The translations under genes and the position numbers were made by a program. A DNA stretch of 64,000 nt from Desulfatiglandales bacterium (GTDB lineage Bacteria > Desulfobacterota > DSM-4660 > Desulfatiglandales > Desulfatiglandaceae), in contig OY759599.1 of the NCBI GenBank assembly GCA_963662465.1, forward strand, positions 128,001 through 192,000, in the 5' to 3' direction. Below, in pieces: positions 18,605-27,188 of the stretch; position 1 is the stretch's first letter; the number at the start of each line of letters is the position of its first letter. The notes under the pieces are model-generated. The model did not search any database. It was not told the DNA's origin and saw only the letters and a program-made list of their open reading frames with translations.

Positions 18605-18950
18605 CAATAAAAATAAGGACTTTTTGGAACGGTTGAAGGTTCTCCTCATTAGTAAGGAGCTTAGCATAGAGTGGAAAGATGACGGCATAAAGCGGCTCGT
18701 GCTGCGGCAAAACTATGGGGACAAAGTTGAACGGGATTTTAATATGACCCGGCAGGGAGTCCGCTGGAGATTTCAGCGCCTGTTTAACGAAATTTATGTC
18801 AACGCCTATCTCACCGTGTACTGGATCGAGTCCAAGTTTGGGACAGAGTTACGAGCGAGGGCCTTGGAAATCGCAAGAGAGAGGGTTGAACTCAGGAAAA
18901 AGGCGGAGGAAAAGGGCTTTTTTGATGTTTCCCGTCGAGAAAAGGGATGA
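18594..18950 (+). CDS. hypothetical protein (HTH-like)
   Basis: GGAGAGG RBS; FNMTRQGVRWRFQRL resembles an HTH recognition helix. Confidence 0.65.
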   Translation: MKLSNKNKDFLERLKVLLISKELSIEWKDDGIKRLVLRQNYGDKVERDFNMTRQGVRWRFQRLFNEIYVNAYLTVYWIESKFGTELRARALEIARERVELRKKAEEKGFFDVSRREKG

Positions 18951-19231
18951 TTGGCCGCCGGATCAAGGGGCGGGCGATTGTAAAGGTTTTCGCCCTCCTA
19001 ACAAATCCTTCAAATCGGGCCTGCAAATGAGGGAAAACCATTCAAACCAAAGCCATTTGCCCATAAACTTGGCTTGTTGAGCGCAGATTCCACGGAATCG
19101 CACGGTTTTCGGGAAATGGCCATCTTCCTTCCCTGATCCAGTTTGGGCCTGGAAAAATTTTAACATCATTGAAAACGAGCGACCCCCTTTCAAATGCCCT
19201 ATTTGGACCAAAAAGGCAGGGGTGAAAAAAC

Positions 19232-19645
19232 ATGGCTGGCACAAAAATAGATTTTAACTACAATAAGATTACTCGGATACAGGGTTTGGATGAGCTTGGA
19301 GTAGTGCTGTTTCCGGGAAATAGGAACCATCAAAAGGTTTTCCTGAGCATCTTCATAGAATTGAAATACGCAAACAACGGGCTCTTGGGCAGCCTGACTT
19401 ACCTTTGTGAGAAATATGGATTCACGCCCCGGATGCTGGAGACCGTCCGCAGCAAAATGCGACGGATGGGGATTATTGACCATGTGTCCCGCTTCAATAA
19501 GAATCATGGCTACAGAGAAGGCTGGGTGTTTTCAAGCCGATTCTCAAAAACCTTAAAACGGATGAATGAACTGTTAGTGAGTTTCAGGGAAAGAGCCGAC
19601 GCCCTTCAAGAGAAAAAGGACCGGGACTTGTTCCGCTATCTATAA
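19232..19645 (+). CDS. hypothetical winged-helix protein
   Basis: LCEKYGFTPRMLETVRSKMRRMGII wHTH-like pattern. Confidence 0.7.
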   Translation: MAGTKIDFNYNKITRIQGLDELGVVLFPGNRNHQKVFLSIFIELKYANNGLLGSLTYLCEKYGFTPRMLETVRSKMRRMGIIDHVSRFNKNHGYREGWVFSSRFSKTLKRMNELLVSFRERADALQEKKDRDLFRYL

Positions 19646-19703
19646 AATAATGATTTTGAAAACCTATAGCTTTAAATAGGTCCCGCATTTTCTGGAGAAC
19701 GAG

Positions 19704-20162
19704 GTGCTCAACGTGGACCGAAACTTAGAAAATCTACTCTATGGAAAAAGGGACCCAAAGCTCAAATCCGAAGGCGAACGTAGAATTGCATACTTTTTGG
19801 AGGAAAATTCAATCAGGTATCAATACGAAGCTGGCGTCCTGGTCAATTCGATCGAAAAAAAACCACGCATCTGGTACCCGGACTTTTATCTTCCCGAGTT
19901 TGGCGCCTACATTGAATATTATGGCCTAAAGGGACAGCGAAGCTATGACAACGGAATCAAGAGAAAAGAAACGACATATTCAAAAATGGGTCTGGATGTA
20001 ATACCTGTTTATCCATGGTCATTTTCTGAGAACTGGCAGGGCTATATTATGAAAGAACTCAAACAAAGTGTGGACCGACGTTACAAAACACTGATGAGCA
20101 AGCCTTACTGGTCACAAAAGAATACTTCCGGATATCATGGGGGATCCACCAGGCGTTACTGA
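19704..20162 (+). CDS. PD-(D/E)XK/Vsr-like nuclease domain protein
   Basis: KSEGERRIAYFL...YQYE...YPDFYLP...YIEYYG. Confidence 0.75.
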   Translation: MLNVDRNLENLLYGKRDPKLKSEGERRIAYFLEENSIRYQYEAGVLVNSIEKKPRIWYPDFYLPEFGAYIEYYGLKGQRSYDNGIKRKETTYSKMGLDVIPVYPWSFSENWQGYIMKELKQSVDRRYKTLMSKPYWSQKNTSGYHGGSTRRY

Positions 20163-20309
20163 TCCATGGTGTTTATTCTCTGTGTTCTCTTTCATTCTAT
20201 GTACTTCTTTAGGTGTGATGATGGGTTTGGGTGTCTTTTTATTATTATATTCGGTTTTCGGTACATGGGATATCTAACTGTTATTGCGGGATTTTGTGGA
20301 AATGAAAGA

Positions 20310-20447
20310 GTATCATAAATGGTCATTTTTTTTGTTCTTAGAAGGTATTTATGATACAATTTAGAGGAATAATGGTACCTTTTGGATGGAATTACGGTAC
20401 ATTTTGGACCTATTTATGATACCTTTTTCGCATTTATGATACAATTT
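20310..20447. repeat. phased iteron-like repeats
   Basis: ATTTATGATAC at 20347, 20412, 20432 and inverted at 20310; two degenerate copies between give 20-22-bp spacing. Confidence 0.75.
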
Positions 20448-20533
20448 ATCTGAGCTGTGGTCGGTACTTATTACCACCGATTTAATTCGGTACTATCAGA
20501 TATTAAGGACATGAATTTAAATGGAAGGGACGG

Positions 20534-21466
20534 TTATGCTTTGAGAGGCAGCACGGGGGTTCGGCAAGCGGAAGTACCTAAGATCGATTCTGAAGGGGCC
20601 TCTTGTTTTCCGGCGCGGACCCAGATTTCGGCCGATAAGCCATGGGAGAACATCTGTTCAAGACTTGTCAGCCATATAAAATCCGAGGGCGGCATTTCCT
20701 GAACCAGCCTTGACAACACCGCCAGCCGACCGTTTGTATTGGTGAGGAAGAGGAGACGGAACCCCTTCAGATTGCAGTCCCAGTATTTCTCGTACCGTTT
20801 ATACCGGTCGCTTCGAAAATATTCCTGATAGTTTATGACTTTCTGGCGTACGTCCCGGGGGTCGCGTTTTAGACTGGCAACGGACTCTGTCCCCATGTCC
20901 ACCTCAAGAAAGAAAAGGAGCGTGATCTGCCTTTTTCTGTTCGTTATGGAGAAAACTCCGTCCGGGGTAAATCCACTTGCATTTTGATCCTTTTCGCCAG
21001 CGGGTGGCGGTTCAAATATGAGAGGGATGTCACTTTTTTCCCGTTTTAAGAAAGGCGAATCGGGGGAGAGGAACCGGATGGAGAATTCAGGCATCGCGTA
21101 CTCCATTTCGCCCAAATGGATACGGAACCAGTTGGTTAAGAGTTGATGCTCCATGCAGCGGATTTTTTCAGCGTTTATCTTATTAATCGGCACGTCCCGG
21201 AGGACTGGATATTTAGGACCGAGCAGATCGGCGCCTTCTTGGGTGAGAGAGACCATTTTTTCAGGTCTGCCGCGACTCTGACCGAACCCGCGGGTAGCTG
21301 TGATAATGACCCCCGCCTGTTCCAGTTTTTGCAGACGCCTTCGGACTACCTGCCTGCTCTTACGTTGGATGGCAGTGACCTGGCTTGCTGTTAGCACTCG
21401 ATGCTCGGCAATTGCAGTAAGGACCTGGTGGTCGTTTTTGTTAAACTTGAATGTCATTGGATTCAT
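20534..21466 (-). CDS. replication-relaxation (Replic_Relax) family protein
   Basis: N-terminal wHTH (HRVLTASQV...VRRRLQKLEQAGVI), EHQL, TPDGVF, FFLEVDMGTES, K-x-x-x-Y. Confidence 0.85.
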   Translation of the reverse strand: MNPMTFKFNKNDHQVLTAIAEHRVLTASQVTAIQRKSRQVVRRRLQKLEQAGVIITATRGFGQSRGRPEKMVSLTQEGADLLGPKYPVLRDVPINKINAEKIRCMEHQLLTNWFRIHLGEMEYAMPEFSIRFLSPDSPFLKREKSDIPLIFEPPPAGEKDQNASGFTPDGVFSITNRKRQITLLFFLEVDMGTESVASLKRDPRDVRQKVINYQEYFRSDRYKRYEKYWDCNLKGFRLLFLTNTNGRLAVLSRLVQEMPPSDFIWLTSLEQMFSHGLSAEIWVRAGKQEAPSESILGTSACRTPVLPLKA

Positions 21467-22389
21467 TCCTCCTTTTTGGAATTTTCGGGGCTATTTTTAG
21501 TAGCTGGTACGGTTTGGTTTTGACTATTTACCCATGCTCGAACAGCTTGAAGCGCTTTTTTCGGAACAGGTGTAGTCCCGTTTAACCATGCTTCACATGT
21601 CTTTGGCTTTTTTCGACCTGTTATGCCTGAAAGTTGACCTGCACTGAAGTTATGTTGTTTGTGAAGGGCCATGAGTTCCTTGTTTGAGGGGGCAGATTGT
21701 AACGTTTCATTTGGCGTTGCCTTCTGAATCATCCACGCCGCGCTCGTTGCCACAGTGAGACCTATGGAGAGGGGTTCGAGGACCAGAACTAGAATGAGAA
21801 TGAGCATGGCAATGGCGTCTGTTTCGTTGATTTTTAATATCTTAGCGACCGCGAAAATAGGGCCGGAGGATGTCTGATCTTTGACAAATCGGGTTTCAAG
21901 TTCAGCTTGCTGTTTTGCAATTTCCAGCAGCCTGGCCTGTTTCTGTCCATAACCGGATGCTTTTCGTTCTTTTATTCGCCTCGTTACATGAGAAGTCGGA
22001 AGCCCTGCTAATGTGGCGTTTGTGGTCAATATTTGTTCTTGGAGAATTGCCGCCTCTTTTTTGAGCCCTTTAAGGGCGGTTTCGGTGGCTCTCAAGTTTT
22101 GGGTCGCCCTGGCGTGACTCAGTGACAAGAAACCTATGACTTCAATGGAAGTCAATAAGACCAGAACGGATACGATGATAACGTACAGGCTTTTGGTAAG
22201 ACCACCGAGTTTTTGCCAGTTCCGGTACAGGTGGGCCACGGTCAAGATTTTGCCGATTTCCATGCCGAGACCCATACACACAATAACGGAAGCATTGCTG
22301 ACAAATACAGACATCAGTCCGTACACGGACATGTATATGGAGCTTCCTGCAACCAGCAACAGACTGGTTGTCACAAGAATGCGGTACAT
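21463..22389 (-). CDS. membrane protein with coiled coil and C-terminal HTH-like segment
   Basis: Three N-terminal TMs (S-x-x-GL-x-x-x-F, EIGK-x-x-x-x-x-x-LYRNW), fourth TM, LSGITG...EAWLNG; ATGA-coupled to the relaxase. Confidence 0.75.
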   Translation of the reverse strand: MYRILVTTSLLLVAGSSIYMSVYGLMSVFVSNASVIVCMGLGMEIGKILTVAHLYRNWQKLGGLTKSLYVIIVSVLVLLTSIEVIGFLSLSHARATQNLRATETALKGLKKEAAILQEQILTTNATLAGLPTSHVTRRIKERKASGYGQKQARLLEIAKQQAELETRFVKDQTSSGPIFAVAKILKINETDAIAMLILILVLVLEPLSIGLTVATSAAWMIQKATPNETLQSAPSNKELMALHKQHNFSAGQLSGITGRKKPKTCEAWLNGTTPVPKKALQAVRAWVNSQNQTVPATKNSPENSKKEE

Positions 22390-22454
22390 GATTCACACCT
22401 CCCTTTTTTCCGGGAACAAGCTGGCGGGTACTGATTGAAAAACATGACCTTTTT

Positions 22455-22670
22455 CTGACCATCCGGTTTTGGTCTGATCCGGCCAGGGTTTTTGGTGGTT
22501 TGATCAAGTTCCTTTTTGTCTGGTCAGGTTTTGGTCAGGTTTTGGTCAGGTTCGGTCCAGTTCCCGTCCGGTTTTGGTCAGGTTTTGGTCAGATTCCATT
22601 CTGGTCAGACTGATTCAGGTTTTTTTCGTTTCAGGTTCTTTTCATGTTTCCCGGTTTGGTCAGGTTTTGG
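22455..22670. repeat. 11-bp repeat array (TTTTGGTCAGG)
   Basis: TGGTCAG at 22521, 22532, 22543, 22575, 22586, 22602, 22657; inverted CTGACCA at 22455. Confidence 0.85.
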
Positions 22671-22715
22671 AACAGATTCGGGCCGTCTCGGATTGTGATG
22701 GTTCTTCAATGTTTC

Positions 22716-23426
22716 CTAAAATCTCACAATGCACTTTTGGACCCAAGGATCTGCAATGGCTTTCAGCTTGAGGAGTTCGTCCTTGTCATGACCAGCGCCT
22801 GTTTTGGCGAAAAACAGGGGATTCAGTACTCCATTATTATGGAATCGCTGTAAGGCATAAAGCTCAGCGCCCTTTATGGTTCGCACAACATTTTTCATGC
22901 TTTGTTCATCCACGATCGGTTTTATGCAGGTTGTCCTGAACTCATAGGGTATGCCTGATCCCATGATGTTTTCAATGCTTGCGAGCGTTTGGTCTGGATC
23001 ATATTCTTTCGCGATGGTGGATGGATAGCGGAGAGGATCGGTCTTAACATCCATGGCGATATAGTCAACGAGCCCCTCATCGATCATACGTTTGATGACT
23101 TCCGGCCGGCTGCCGTTTGTGTCCAGTTTGATCAGATAGCCGATCTCCTTTATTTTCGTGCATAACAAAACAAGCTCCTTCCGGAGCGTTGGTTCTCCGC
23201 CGGAAATAACCACACCGTCAATGAAGCCTTTGCGGTTTTCAAGAAACTCGCAGAACGCTTTTTCGTCAAGTCCATTTGAATATCCTGAACCGCCTTTTAC
23301 GAGCTGTGGATTGTGGCAATAAGGACAGGTGAAATTGCAGCCCGAAACAAAGAGCACACAGCTTAATTTCCCGGGATAGTCAATCAGTGAATTCTTTTGT
23401 ATTCCACCGATAATCATTGAATGCAC
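22716..23426 (-). CDS. nrdG: anaerobic ribonucleoside-triphosphate reductase activating radical SAM enzyme
   Basis: SLIDYPG, GCNFTCPYCHNP, ISGGEPT, KLDTNG, YEFRTT; directly downstream of nrdD. Confidence 0.93.
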   Translation of the reverse strand: MHSMIIGGIQKNSLIDYPGKLSCVLFVSGCNFTCPYCHNPQLVKGGSGYSNGLDEKAFCEFLENRKGFIDGVVISGGEPTLRKELVLLCTKIKEIGYLIKLDTNGSRPEVIKRMIDEGLVDYIAMDVKTDPLRYPSTIAKEYDPDQTLASIENIMGSGIPYEFRTTCIKPIVDEQSMKNVVRTIKGAELYALQRFHNNGVLNPLFFAKTGAGHDKDELLKLKAIADPWVQKCIVRF

Positions 23427-23461
23427 TCCTCATCGATCCGGTTTTGTTCCGCAAGAAAACT

Positions 23462-25186
23462 TCAGGCCGCCTCAAACACTTTTCTCATATCGTATTCTGC
23501 TTGTTTTCCGTCGTTCCACTGCTTGACAGGTCTCAAGTAGCCAACGACCCGCGAATAAACTTCCGTTTCTTTCCCGCAATCAGGGCAGCGTTTTTGCTCT
23601 CCGTTCAGGTACCCGTGGGACGGACAGATGCTGAAGGTTGGAGTCAGTGTGAAATAGGGAAGCCTGAAATGATTAACAACCTTCTTGAGCAACGCCCTTA
23701 TTGATCTAACGTCACTGACTTGTTCCCCCAAATAAATATGAAGGACTGTTCCCCCCGTATATGTTGCCTGCAATTGGTCCTGTAACTCCAAGGCTTCGAA
23801 AATATCGTCCGTGTAATTTACGGGTAGCTGGGTAGAGTTTGTATAAAAAGGTGCAGCTCCTTTTCGGTATTCCGCTTCATTTGCACAGATGATTTCAGGG
23901 AACCTTTTCTTGTCAAGCATCGCAAGTCGATACGATGTGCCTTCTGCAGGCGTTGCTTCTAAGTTGAACATTTCGCCTGTCTCATCTTGTATTTGGGAAA
24001 TGATTGTGCGGATATGGTCCATGGTTTTGAGGGCAAATACCTGTCCTTTTTCACTTCCGATGTCCCTCCCAAACAAGTTCAGGCACGCCTCGTTCATGCC
24101 GATGATTCCGATGGTTGAAAAATGGTTTTTCCAGTAAAGCCCAGTGCCCTCTTTGATCTGTCTTAAGTAGAATTTTGAATAGGGATAGAGGTTTTTATCT
24201 GTGAAATTCTCAAGGACTTTCCTTTTTATTGTGAGGCTCTCTTTTGCAAGGTGAACAAGCTTTCCCAAATGCTTCATGAAATCATCCTCGCTATCCGCCT
24301 GATATCCTATGCGGGGGAGGTTAATGGTCACGACTCCGATTGAACCCGTCAGGGGGTTCGCGCCGAAAAGACCGCCGCCTCTTTTCAGGAGTATCCTGTT
24401 GTCAATGCGAAGGCGGCAACACATGGATCTTGTGTCTTCAGGCGACATGTCGGACCTGACAAAGTTTGAAAAATACGGAATCCCGTATTTCCCTGTCATG
24501 GCCAGGATCGCTTCAAGCACTGGGTTGTCCCAATCAAAATCTTTTGTGATATTGTAGGTAGGTATGGGAAAGGTGAAGACACGCCCTTTGGCATCGCCCT
24601 CCATCATGACCTCGGCAAATGCCCTATTGATCATGTCCATTTCTATTTGAAAATCGGAATATGTCTCTTTTTGTTCGATGCCTCCTATGATGACACGTTG
24701 GTTTCTCAGAGTTCGAGGGGGGGACAGGTCTAAAGTAATGTTGGTAAATGGGGTTTGGAAGCCGACTCTGGTCGGGACGTTTATGTTGAAAATAAATTCT
24801 TGCAGCGCCTGTTTCACTTGTCGGTAATCAAGGCCGTCATACCGAATAAAAGGGGCAAGAAGGGTGTCAAAATTTGACATAGCCTGAGCGCCGGCAGCTT
24901 CACCTTGTAATGTATAGAAAAAATTAATAATTTGTCCTAAAGCAGGCCTGAAATGTTTAGGTGGTGCACTCTCGACTTTCCCCAGGACACCCTTGAAGCC
25001 TTGCATGAGCAAGTCTCTCAGTTCCCAACCAACACAATAAACAGAAAGGAGGCTGAGGTCGTGTATGTGGAAATTTCCTCTTCTGTGTGCGCGCCGAATT
25101 TCCGGGGGGTATATGTGGCTTAACCAGTATTCAGAGGTGATATCCGATGAAATATAGTTATTGAGCCCCTGAAGGGAATAGCGCAT
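23462..25186 (-). CDS. nrdD: class III ribonucleoside-triphosphate reductase, 5'-truncated by an IS
   Basis: YSLQGLNNY, HIHDL, YCVGW, SMCCRL, EATPAEG, CPSHG...CPDCG, glycyl-radical YSRVVGYL. Native sequence ends at the IS end (25181); the in-frame ATG (25184-25186) lies inside the IS IR. Confidence 0.9.
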   Translation of the reverse strand: MRYSLQGLNNYISSDITSEYWLSHIYPPEIRRAHRRGNFHIHDLSLLSVYCVGWELRDLLMQGFKGVLGKVESAPPKHFRPALGQIINFFYTLQGEAAGAQAMSNFDTLLAPFIRYDGLDYRQVKQALQEFIFNINVPTRVGFQTPFTNITLDLSPPRTLRNQRVIIGGIEQKETYSDFQIEMDMINRAFAEVMMEGDAKGRVFTFPIPTYNITKDFDWDNPVLEAILAMTGKYGIPYFSNFVRSDMSPEDTRSMCCRLRIDNRILLKRGGGLFGANPLTGSIGVVTINLPRIGYQADSEDDFMKHLGKLVHLAKESLTIKRKVLENFTDKNLYPYSKFYLRQIKEGTGLYWKNHFSTIGIIGMNEACLNLFGRDIGSEKGQVFALKTMDHIRTIISQIQDETGEMFNLEATPAEGTSYRLAMLDKKRFPEIICANEAEYRKGAAPFYTNSTQLPVNYTDDIFEALELQDQLQATYTGGTVLHIYLGEQVSDVRSIRALLKKVVNHFRLPYFTLTPTFSICPSHGYLNGEQKRCPDCGKETEVYSRVVGYLRPVKQWNDGKQAEYDMRKVFEAA

Positions 25187-27188
25187 AAGTCTAAATGTTG
25201 TGGGGTTGTATAACCCATCAAAATTAAAAGGCGTTTTCGGTAAACAAGAATGCATTATGAACATTCATAACTTGAATCCAAGGTAAGTCAAATGTTTGGC
25301 CGTTGGCTAATTCAAAGGGACTTTTATGAGCATTTTTTGCGCCAGGTAAAAATGGGACAAAATTCCTGATAGTCGCATGTGCTCGAAAGAAAAGACTTGC
25401 CCATTTCTTATCTCGAAAACTCTCAATTTGTTTTAGTTTACGTTTGATTCCTTTTAAATAATTGTCAACAATGGAGGTTGTTTGTTTTATCCCATTTCTA
25501 TTTTTATGAGAGGTATAATGAGTGGCATTTTCTTTTAATTCTACTACCCTCTTTTTTAGTAATGGATGAGAAAATGCATCGTCATCTAATGCCTTAATCT
25601 TTACTTCCAAGTTAACTTTAGATGTGGATGTTTTCAAAACTTTCTTAAATTTTTTATAAAGCTTGTCCACTTCTTGGTCGGTACATTTTGATTCTTTTTG
25701 ATATTTTGATAGTGCATCGTAGAAGTTTTTCAAACAATGACGATGGCAATATCCGACCCAAATGTTATGGAATACGGTCTTGATAGCATTGGTTGAGGCT
25801 TTCCACTTATCTTTTGTTACACCAAGGATTTTGAAGTCGATTTTTTGCAAAAAATCCTCAAATGAACCGCACAGGTTTTCTTCATCAACATGATCAACAT
25901 AATCGGAGTGCCATACTAATAAATTTTCAGGATCGACCATAACTACAGAATAAGTTCTTAAATTTGGTTCTTTTTCAAAGCCCTCATCTTCCTGTAGATA
26001 TCCTGAGCCTTTCACTCCTGCTCTTGTTAGTATTGTTGCAGGATGAAGTGTTCCTGCCCATCGATTCCAGTTCAAGATGGTCTGTTTGCTTTTGACACTT
26101 TTTTTGCCAATAATTTTAAGGCTTTCGATGGCTCCTTGAATGCTCGCATTAAAACGGTACATATTCCGAAATACGTGCCCAATAATCTCTATACCAAAAT
26201 TCTTTTCCCTTGGGAGAAAGCTGGGAACAAGAGAGAACTTTTGTTTGCACTTCCGGCATTGTATCATGCGGATTGGGAATGTCTGTTGTTCTCCTCCATT
26301 CATTATTGTTTTTCGAGGATTCCCGCGGAAACCAGATAAAATATATTCTTTAGGTCCAGAACATGTTGAATTATGGCCTGTGTGGTGATCATATTTATCG
26401 AGTTTATCTAATACTTCAATGCGAAACTTCTTACTGTCTTTTACGAGAGCATGATAGCTTTCGGTGTTATTATAAGGAAAGATATATGTTTGATTTCCTC
26501 GTTTAGAAACAAGGTCTTCCATTTTCTTTTTTACATTTTCGATTATGGATTTATCAAAAGATTTTAACATCCCTATCTCAAATGCAATACTGATTGTACT
26601 ATCACGACTTTTTACATTATTCAATTTTTTAGTAATATTACTTATCATTGAACGAATTGAATAAAAGATTCTAATTTTCTGTCGATCCCGTTGTGTTTTT
26701 GGAATGCTTTTTTTCCCTTTTATTGGCTTACAAATATCCCATAATTGACTTATTAACCTACCAAGTTCATCAATAAGAGCAGACAATGTTACATAAAAAT
26801 ATTGCAATGATTGAAACATCTCCCTTTCATTGATCCATGATCTGATGGCATTAATGCATTTCTCAATTTCAAAGAAAATCTCAGGATACTGTTTTGGATC
26901 GTAATAACATTGTCTTGCAAGTCTGTTTTGAGCTTTGTCCAACATTGTCAAAGCTCTCTTAATATTATTAATCATGTGCAACCTCTCTAATTTAACATAG
27001 ACTGTTGCACTATGATTATGCACACTTATCAAAAAAAGTCCCTAACTTTTTTCCGCTAAGGCGAATTCAGGAAAAAATGTTTGGCCTCACGAAATGCGCT
27101 TTGATTAGGATATTGATTCTGAACCGTTTAACAGATGAAATAATTTCAATATGTTAGAGTAAACCCCACAACATTTAGACTTATGCGC
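25181..27188 (-). mobile_element. IS of unclear family with 27-bp perfect IRs and no target duplication
   Basis: GCGCATAAGTCTAAATGTTGTGGGGTT at 25181-25207 and its reverse complement at 27162-27188; AT-rich interior. Confidence 0.9.
25224..27032 (-). CDS. large RNase H-fold transposase (IS256/MULE-like motifs)
   Basis: Zn motif (H...C, CRKC...SLVPSFL), LQEDEGF, VTKDKW, YCHRH (CxxH), TTSIVDN-x-x-x-x-x-KRKLK; enclosed by the IRs; start probably MINNIK. Confidence 0.8.
   Translation of the reverse strand: MISVHNHSATVYVKLERLHMINNIKRALTMLDKAQNRLARQCYYDPKQYPEIFFEIEKCINAIRSWINEREMFQSLQYFYVTLSALIDELGRLISQLWDICKPIKGKKSIPKTQRDRQKIRIFYSIRSMISNITKKLNNVKSRDSTISIAFEIGMLKSFDKSIIENVKKKMEDLVSKRGNQTYIFPYNNTESYHALVKDSKKFRIEVLDKLDKYDHHTGHNSTCSGPKEYILSGFRGNPRKTIMNGGEQQTFPIRMIQCRKCKQKFSLVPSFLPREKNFGIEIIGHVFRNMYRFNASIQGAIESLKIIGKKSVKSKQTILNWNRWAGTLHPATILTRAGVKGSGYLQEDEGFEKEPNLRTYSVVMVDPENLLVWHSDYVDHVDEENLCGSFEDFLQKIDFKILGVTKDKWKASTNAIKTVFHNIWVGYCHRHCLKNFYDALSKYQKESKCTDQEVDKLYKKFKKVLKTSTSKVNLEVKIKALDDDAFSHPLLKKRVVELKENATHYTSHKNRNGIKQTTSIVDNYLKGIKRKLKQIESFRDKKWASLFFRAHATIRNFVPFLPGAKNAHKSPFELANGQTFDLPWIQVMNVHNAFLFTENAF

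Noticed and set aside
25187..25264. ORF-track N-terminus of NrdD (MFIMHSCLPK...)
   Set aside because: Read-through of IS sequence, not native nrdD.
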